A stretch of 64,000 bases of DNA from the human T2T-CHM13v2.0 reference genome, Homo sapiens: NCBI RefSeq assembly GCF_009914755.1, contig NC_060925.1. One strand, given 5' to 3'. The first letter of the stretch is position 1, and every line of letters starts with the position of its first letter. Below the pieces are notes generated by a model. That model saw only the letters and a list, made by a program, of their open reading frames with translations. It had not been told where the DNA came from and ran no database searches. Positions 54,500 through 64,000 of this stretch are shown piece by piece. The translations under genes and the position numbers were made by a program.

Positions 54500-54650
54500 T
54501 TTCCATGTCTCAAAACATTAGTCCCTACAAGAACCCTATGAGGTTTATCTTCTTTTCACCCATTTTGAGAGAAGAAAAGTTCAGCTCAGAGAGCTGCAGG
54601 AACATTGGGGACATCTCCAAGTCACAGCCAATAGGTGGCAGTCATCAGTG
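54500..54650. mobile_element. MIR fragment
   Basis: acaagaaccctatgagg...cccattttgagagaagaaaagttcagctcagagag...ccaagtcacagcca. Confidence 0.65.
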
Positions 54651-55811
54651 TGTCTTGGAAGGGACAAACATTGAGCTTCTGAACAGCTACTCCAGAAACT
54701 ATGGTGCTGTGGTGAAGTCCTGGTTAGGAGCCTAGGAAAATGGTGAAGGAAAAGATGGTCCCAGCCTGCAAAGCTGAAGTCAGGAACCCACCAGGATCTC
54801 CCTTCTCCCTAGCCTGGTGGTCCACATCATGCAGATTTACTCTAGATTCAGCTTAGACTCATTTTTATACTACTCGGGGGACAAGGAGGGAACTACAGTC
54901 AGTAACAGCAGCATGAGCCTCAGGTGCTTTGGGGATTGAAATTCAGACCAGGAAATTCCAATACATCAGTGCATGTGGAGGACATGAGTATTTAAGGAGA
55001 AGGTTCTAGGCTTCCGAAGTAAAATTGGATGTGGAGGTTGGGGATTGATTCAAACATTAATACTTTCAAGCGTTTCTATGGTATTTGTCAGCTGTGGAGC
55101 AACAGCACACATCTGTATTAATAGCCTGTGTTAAGAGATTACTGTGAATCCTGAAAAACATCCTCATTGTAGAGATGAGAAAACACAGGCTTTTGCACAT
55201 CCAATGTCTCCTTAAAGCATGTGGTTCAGAATTGAGAACGTGCAGAGTGAGAGTGGTATGAATTTTCCTGTAAGCTACCTGAAGTTCTGTTTGCTGTCAT
55301 GTGGAAGAAAAGAGCCTTGGAGAAGTTTTATTTTTTTCTGTTTGGAAAGAATACACAGAGCAAGATGATTTACAATAAACCTTTTGACCTAACGCACATA
55401 CTTGTTTTCTTTAACATTAAGGGGAGTCTTAAGAAACAGCTACAGCAGTTTCTCACCTGGCAAAGACAAATGCTGGGAAACTGCAGGGCCAAGGATGTGA
55501 GCAGATGACGCAGGGAAGAGAAACCCCAAATAAGTATTAAATGACTGAAAGGTGACTCAAACTTATCTGTTAAACAACTGGAAATGCAAGGAATTACATG
55601 AGTTTCTTTGTCACACAGACACCAGATTGGCAAAAAATTAAGTCTTAACATTCAAGGGAGGCTGGATGTAGGGAACCAGCGATATTGAGAGACTGCTGGG
55701 GACACTATACTTGCCACAGCCCTTTTGGAAAGTAATCTGGCTATACCTATTAAAGTTTTACCCATGCATATTCTTTCACCAAGTTACCCCTTTCTGCAGG
55801 TGATTACTATA

Positions 55812-56200
55812 TATTATGGGCTGAATTGCATTTTCTCCCAAAAATGTATGTGTTCCCATGTTTTAATAGTCAGTGCCTCAGAATGGGAATATATTTGGAC
55901 ATATGATTTTTATAGAGGTAATTAAGGTTAAGTGAGTTTATTGGAGTGAGCCCTAATCCAATATGACTGGGGTCTTTATAAGAAGTGATGGTAAAGATAC
56001 AGAAACAGAAGATCCTGTGAACACAGCAATGGAAGACAGCAATCTACTAGTCAAGGAAAATGGCCTCAGAAAAAACACCCCAGCCATAGCTTGATGTCAG
56101 GTTCCTAGCCTCCAAAATTGTGAGAAAAAATATCTGTTATTAAAGCCTTGAGTTTGTGATGCTGTATTATGACAGCGTAGCAAACTGTTATAGTTTGTTA
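55812..56200 (+). mobile_element. MLT1 (MaLR) LTR within ancient L1ME-like sequence
   Basis: tattatgggctgaattg...gtaattaaggttaagtgag...ccctaatccaatatgactgg...cctccaaaattgtgaga...gtagcaaact. Confidence 0.8.
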
Positions 56201-59200
56201 AGACACATACAATATGTTTCCTGCAGCACGACTGAAGTGGAAATAAAATGTCTTCATGCCAGTTTCCACCAGCATTGAAAGGCTGAACCACTGTGGGAAA
56301 CAGCTTTGATTATGAAATAACATAAAGACGTGATATCAAGACATGTAAGGTCAGAGCTCCTGCCCTGATGGGACTATAGGCATGAGTTCTCTAAGATGAC
56401 ACATTGCAGAGAAATGCGTAGGATACCTTAACCTTTTTGGGTTAACCCCCGGCTCCCCTTTTGTAAACACTTCCCTCATAAAAATACTCGTGTGTAAGGT
56501 ATGGAGAAGGAGCTGTCTGCTATAAGAGATACCTGGGTGCAGTTATTTAATAAAAACAGCAACATGCAAAGATACTCAGGGCCTAGTGTGAAGTAAAAGC
56601 AACAGAAAAATGTCTTCTCTGATATTTCTATAAGTATGTGAACAGGGATTTGCGCCTAACCATTTGCCATTTAGGACTCATGAAAGCCAGACTCCTTTGG
56701 GAAAGAATGGTGAGTTACCCTAGTGGAAAAGCCCTAGGACAGATCCCAGGGTGTCTACATATTCAGGTCTTTGTCCTCGGCCCACTTTTGTCTCCTCTGA
56801 TCCCTGTCTGCAAAGACCTCTCTGTGCCCACTCCCACCCAAGCCCAGTGCTAGATATGCTCGGTGGCATGGTATACCTGCCCTTCATCCAAAGAGATGGA
56901 GTAGTTGGACCCATCAAACAGCTTTTTATTGATCTCCTGCATGGAGCTCTGCAAAGAGAGTGCCTTGCAGCTAGGCCAAGAGGCATCAGTGGTTGCCTGG
57001 TTGTCATCACGGGGACACTTCCATTAAAAGTTCTCCAAAGGTTGAGGCTTCATTGAGCCATGATTACACCACTGCACTTCAGCCTGTGAGACAAAAGTGA
57101 GACCCTATTTAAAAAAAATAATTATCCCTATATCAGGCATAAAAGAGAATTCCCATAGACCTTCAGCCAGGGAGGAAACCAGATCACGGTTTGAAGTCTT
57201 GGGGTTCACATCCAAGAAGACAAAATTGTTTTTCAACACTCACCTCCCTGTCCTGTCATGCCCTGTGGTATGAACCTGACCATCTCACTAAGGCTTCCGA
57301 CACTTGATAATCTGCTTGTGTCCAGAAATAGCCTCCTCAGCACTTGCTTTCCCCAACACACGGTGTCAGAAAGACATGTGAGCCTTATTTAATAGGATCA
57401 CAGATGAGGCCTTACCTGCATGGGCCTCTCCTGAGATGCCCTGTGTTAACTTTGCATGCCCCCTGCCAAATGGCCAGAGGCATCAGTGGTGAGAGTTGAG
57501 CCAATGCCTGCATTGTTGGAAAGCATTCTCACGTCAGGCCTTACTAAATCAAGAGCCTTGGAAAAGTCAGGATATAGCAAAAGAACATCTTGCTCTCTTG
57601 AGCATTTCCTACTGAGTAAGTTGACTACTGGGGCTGTCTCTAGAATGTAGGTGCCTGGTTACCAGGGTTCTAAATTATCTTGGGGTCTGTCACCGAGAAA
57701 GTAAGGTCACTTCAGGGTTCTATCCCCAGGACCCCTTCCTTCCATATGACCTACCCAAAGGCCCTGGTGGGCTACTGATTTCTCACGCTCCCCACCATGT
57801 CAGCTCCTTGCCTATACACAGTTATGCAAGCACAGCCTCTCTCAGTCCCCTACGGAGACTGGACGCAGTCAGGGCCCCAGGTTTGTGGTGACACAGCTGG
57901 ATCAGAACTACTTTTTTCTAACCAGTTCTGTGACCCTAGAAGTCATTGTGTATTTTGGTGCCTACCCAGCCTCCTAACCTACCCAATGGGGATTATACCA
58001 GCATCTTCCTAGAAAATTCTTCGGGTACAAATGAGACAAAACTCATGGCATAGTGTCACATGAAGATAAAGCACAAATTTAGAGATGAAAGAATTACAAG
58101 AAGGGGTGGGAGGTAGCGTGGACTACAGCTCAAACAGGCCTGGGCCCAGCAGTGTGGTTTTGGAAAGTCACTTCTCTGGGCCTCATTTTTCATTCTGAAT
58201 TAGAGGTTAAAATCCAAATATTGCCATCTTCCAGCTAATTACACATTCCAGTGACTTTCCATTATATGTAAAATCAGACGCTTGTGCTGCATATCAGGTG
58301 GTGTGCAGCATCCACAAAAACTCAGAGCACTGTGGGGCTAATGACTCACTTTTGACCAACAGAATTCAACAAAGACAATGGGATATCACTTATATTTCAC
58401 CTCAGGCTGGAGATCAGCGTCTGGCATAATTGGGCTTTGGCAAGGGCTCTCAGGTTGTAGGCCGGAGGCTTAAGGTTGTACACTTACCTGGCAAAGAGAG
58501 AGCTTTTTAAGAACTATTTCATAAAGCCAGTAAATCCAATTATGAGGGCTTCAGCCTTAGAATATAATTGCTTTCCATTTCCTCAGCTTTAAGATGTCAA
58601 AATATGAATTAGACAATTATGTCATGACTAAGCCTGAGCATATTTTGTGTATGTAAAGCTATTAATATTTTTTGTGAACTACAACATATCTTTTGCCAAT
58701 TTTTCTATTTTGTGGATTATCTTTTTCTAGTCAATAATCTTGTGATTATTATTTAATCCAGGGTCCCGTTATCCTCTAGGCAACTGCTCTCTCCTGGGAG
58801 GGTGTGCCTGGTCAGGTTTGCCTCACCTTTTGTAGCTACCCTATCCTGTATGCCGTTTGGCTGTGGTTTTCTTCTTCAATCCAATCCTATCTACATTTCA
58901 TGTTTTAATGATTTTTCCTGACTTCTAGTTTAGTGAGGATACATCTTAATTTTCAGAGTGAGTTATTCTTTCTAAGAATTTGTGGTAAAGAAAGGTTGCC
59001 ACAGATGACCTGTCAGCCATCTTAAATCAAAAGATCAGAAGTTATCTGACGTATATTGCATTATTTAGTCTGATACTTCTGAAATGGTAAATGCTTCTCT
59101 TTGGCAAGAGAGAACACAGGAATATTGGAGGATTTGCCTCATTAATGTATACTCATCTTGGCATAATTGTGCTAGACTGATTATTAAGCTAAAGAGGGTA

Positions 59201-59651
59201 AACAAAAAAGGGAGCCCAAACAGGTAAAAAGTCTACCTTCAAATCACTGACAGTATTATCTAATGGAATTTTACTAAAGGCCCCATCCTGGCTTTTGAGC
59301 TGCATTAATCTATTGTGTCTGGATACTATTTACATATTCATATGAGTCATTTTTTAAGTTGTGAAACTTCTATAGTCAGCGTTCACTAATGAGTCCTCTG
59401 GGAACTAAACTGTTTTTTAACAAGCTTAACTGAGGTAACTGGAATCAAACAGGCCATAAATTACACAGGGTAGCCTTGACTTGTGGCTTAGGGGAAGTAT
59501 TTTTCTAAGTTTCTTATGCTCAGTGACAGATATGTGCCCTTGCAGCTTCTCCTTGAGTAGGCCTTGCTGCAGTTCGACAGGGGATATCCTGCTCATGAAC
59601 TGTGGGGTTGAAAAGCATCCCTTGCTCACTGTAAAGGGTCCACGCTCTCTC

Positions 59652-60268
<617 letters not shown>

Positions 60269-61631
60269 CTGAGAACAGAAAAAGATAAAAAAGGTCTACT
60301 CTATATCTCAGTCGATGTGTTATTTGATTCTGAGATAATAGCTACTGGGCCTTGCTCTTTCCCCCTGCTGATATATAAATACCTTGGAAAAACTTGGTTC
60401 ACAGGCTACAGATGAGCCACTACAATTAAAAGTAGAACTGGCATCTACAATTTTGCTGAGAAGACGAGGAGATTGGTGACCCCAGCTTCTATTAATCTCC
60501 TCTCCAGGAATTTTCTCCTGGGAATGTTGATAGCTGTTTTCTCACATAATTAGATAAAGAAAGTAAGCAAGATCAAATATTTCTTAGAACGATGACTTAT
60601 CAGTTCTTGTTTAAGGGATACTTTAATAACTTGCAGCAGAAAATATAAGTTAATTGTATTTAATGTAGTCAGAGAAGTTTACTGTCAATTATTTTGGGAA
60701 ATAAATATACCCCGAACTTATTTATCAGGCTCCTAATGGATCAGAGAATTTTATGTCTTCAATAATGTGATGAAACATATGAACACATTAACCATGAAAT
60801 TATAGGGAAGAAAAAAGGATATCTAATTTATTGAGAAAAGCTAAGGTATTCAGATTCAAATGGGTGTATTTTTCTTTATCCCACTGCCCTGAGTTTATTG
60901 AAAATACAGATTTATGGAACATTTAGATATTTTATGGAACAGAAGTCACAGTATCAGAAGAAACTCCCAATTTATTTTTTAAAGTTTCTGTTGCAGCTCT
61001 TGAAATGGAAACCTCAGGAGATTCAGAACACCAAACAGTAGCTCTAACAATGTAGATATTTGAGTAAAAGTGTTTTGTATCCCCCAGGAAGAAGTCATAT
61101 CCCTGAAGTTTTGGGACAATAATATACCTACTAGACTAAATTGTGAATATATCCATAGGTTTCATAATAGTTTAGCCTGTTGATACCAGTTCTATAATTA
61201 GCGATTTAATTTCTATAATTAAACATAATTCAGCCAAGTTGAATTAAAACTAGTATCAGGCTCATAAAGGTTCTGCAGATATTACATTTATTAAAATGTC
61301 TTTTGATCTGCTTTGGTATTGGAGCTAAAAAAATCCATAATTCTGGCTAGCAAGCAGATTCTCAGTAAAATTTATAACAGTCCACACACATATATGGTCC
61401 ATCATTGTAAACATAAAATGCCAAGCTGGATAGAGTGTCTTCAGATGTTTTCTGATTCATGGCTGGTCTCTTGTGTTCAAATACATTCATGGTTTTGGCA
61501 GGAGAACCTTTATTCTGAGTTGGGCATGAGTATATGAACCTGTGGCTTACGTAAGCCACTGGGGTCTACAAGTGTTCACATTTGGCATCACACACTTGAC
61601 TGTGTTCACAGTTTTAAAAATATGTTTAAAA

Positions 61632-63225
<1,594 letters not shown>

Positions 63226-64000
63226 AAAAATCACATTGTACACCACAAGTATATATAATTGTAATTTGTCAATTATACCTTAATAAATCTGAATAAAGAA
63301 TAAAGTGTAATTTGAACCAAACATTTGTAGAACCATTTAAACGAGTAGTTTGGCCTCCATTGTATTGGAGTAAAGTGTAAGATTATTATGGTCTCAGGTA
63401 GGACCTTTACCAGGGTGGGCTTCAGAGGGCCTCCCTGCTTTGATCAGGTAAATGTCTGCCTGGCTGAGGGCTTTTTGCCTCCCAGGAGCTCAGCTTTTGT
63501 CTGCCCAGAATTAAATTTAGCTGACACAGAGCAGGTCCTGCATGTCTGTGGCAGTAGCTTCCCCTGGTCAGGAATGATCAGAAAGGTCTCAAGTGGAAGC
63601 TGCTCACTGTCCCAAGATTCTACACAGTTCCTATCCAGTAAGGATTGCACACCCCTCACCTAGAACTTTTCTATCCAGCTCTGTGAAGGGCTGCCCTAGT
63701 CTTTCAGGTTCCCTGTAGTCAGGATTTTTAAGCCCCCATTCAACCCCTGTTTACTGCCTCAGAGTCTCTATGCTTATACTCTGGTTTTAATAATTATGTT
63801 CAACTTTAAAATAACTTTTGGGACTGGGAGGCCAACACAAAATCAGACCACCAGGAATCCTTCTCATTCCCATTTGTGTGTTCCTTCATGTGAGGCCTTT
63901 TATTTTTTTTTTTTTTATGTCCAGCATTTTCATATTTGTAGATGTCTCAGGTTTACTGGGCTTGGGAGGCTCCATTTGTTAGGAAAATTATGGCAATGAG

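Noticed and set aside
54391-54735. 114-aa ORF downstream of the gene
   Set aside because: Overlaps a MIR fragment, has no recognisable domain, and shows no convincing splice context
56300-59600. Unique-looking sequence with short ORFs as a second gene
   Set aside because: No recognisable domain, CpG island or coherent exon chain visible by eye; cannot support a call

Overview
Primate (human-like), repeat-dense genomic DNA. It contains the 3' part of a plus-strand KRAB-C2H2 zinc-finger gene that I recognise from memory as ZNF678 (1q42.13; not database-verified). The KRAB-A exon is at 39479-39605, a degenerate KRAB-B exon with a GC donor at 40382-40477, and the zinc-finger exon at 47271-48763 (14 intact fingers, 1 degenerate, 1 truncated). 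The start-codon exon is not in the window. The long upstream intron holds two antisense endogenous retroviruses. The first is a two-LTR HERV-W (LTR17) provirus (17449-26494, CAGA TSD, tRNA-Ile-like PBS, env with an internal deletion) inserted into an old L1 5'UTR. The second is a HERV-F/XA34-like element (about 28451-34285, tRNA-Phe PBS) built as R-U5...U3-R, with a TT/AAAA target site and an extra 5' G. That structure points to an L1-retrotransposed (processed) copy of the viral RNA rather than an integrase-made provirus. The rest is ancient class III (ERVL) remnants, solo LTRs, a MER85 piggyBac MITE split by an Alu, Alus, MIR/L2 and L1 fragments. Nearly all other ORFs in the track are spurious or repeat-derived. 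Repeat subfamily names come from recalled consensus similarity, and many repeat boundaries are approximate.
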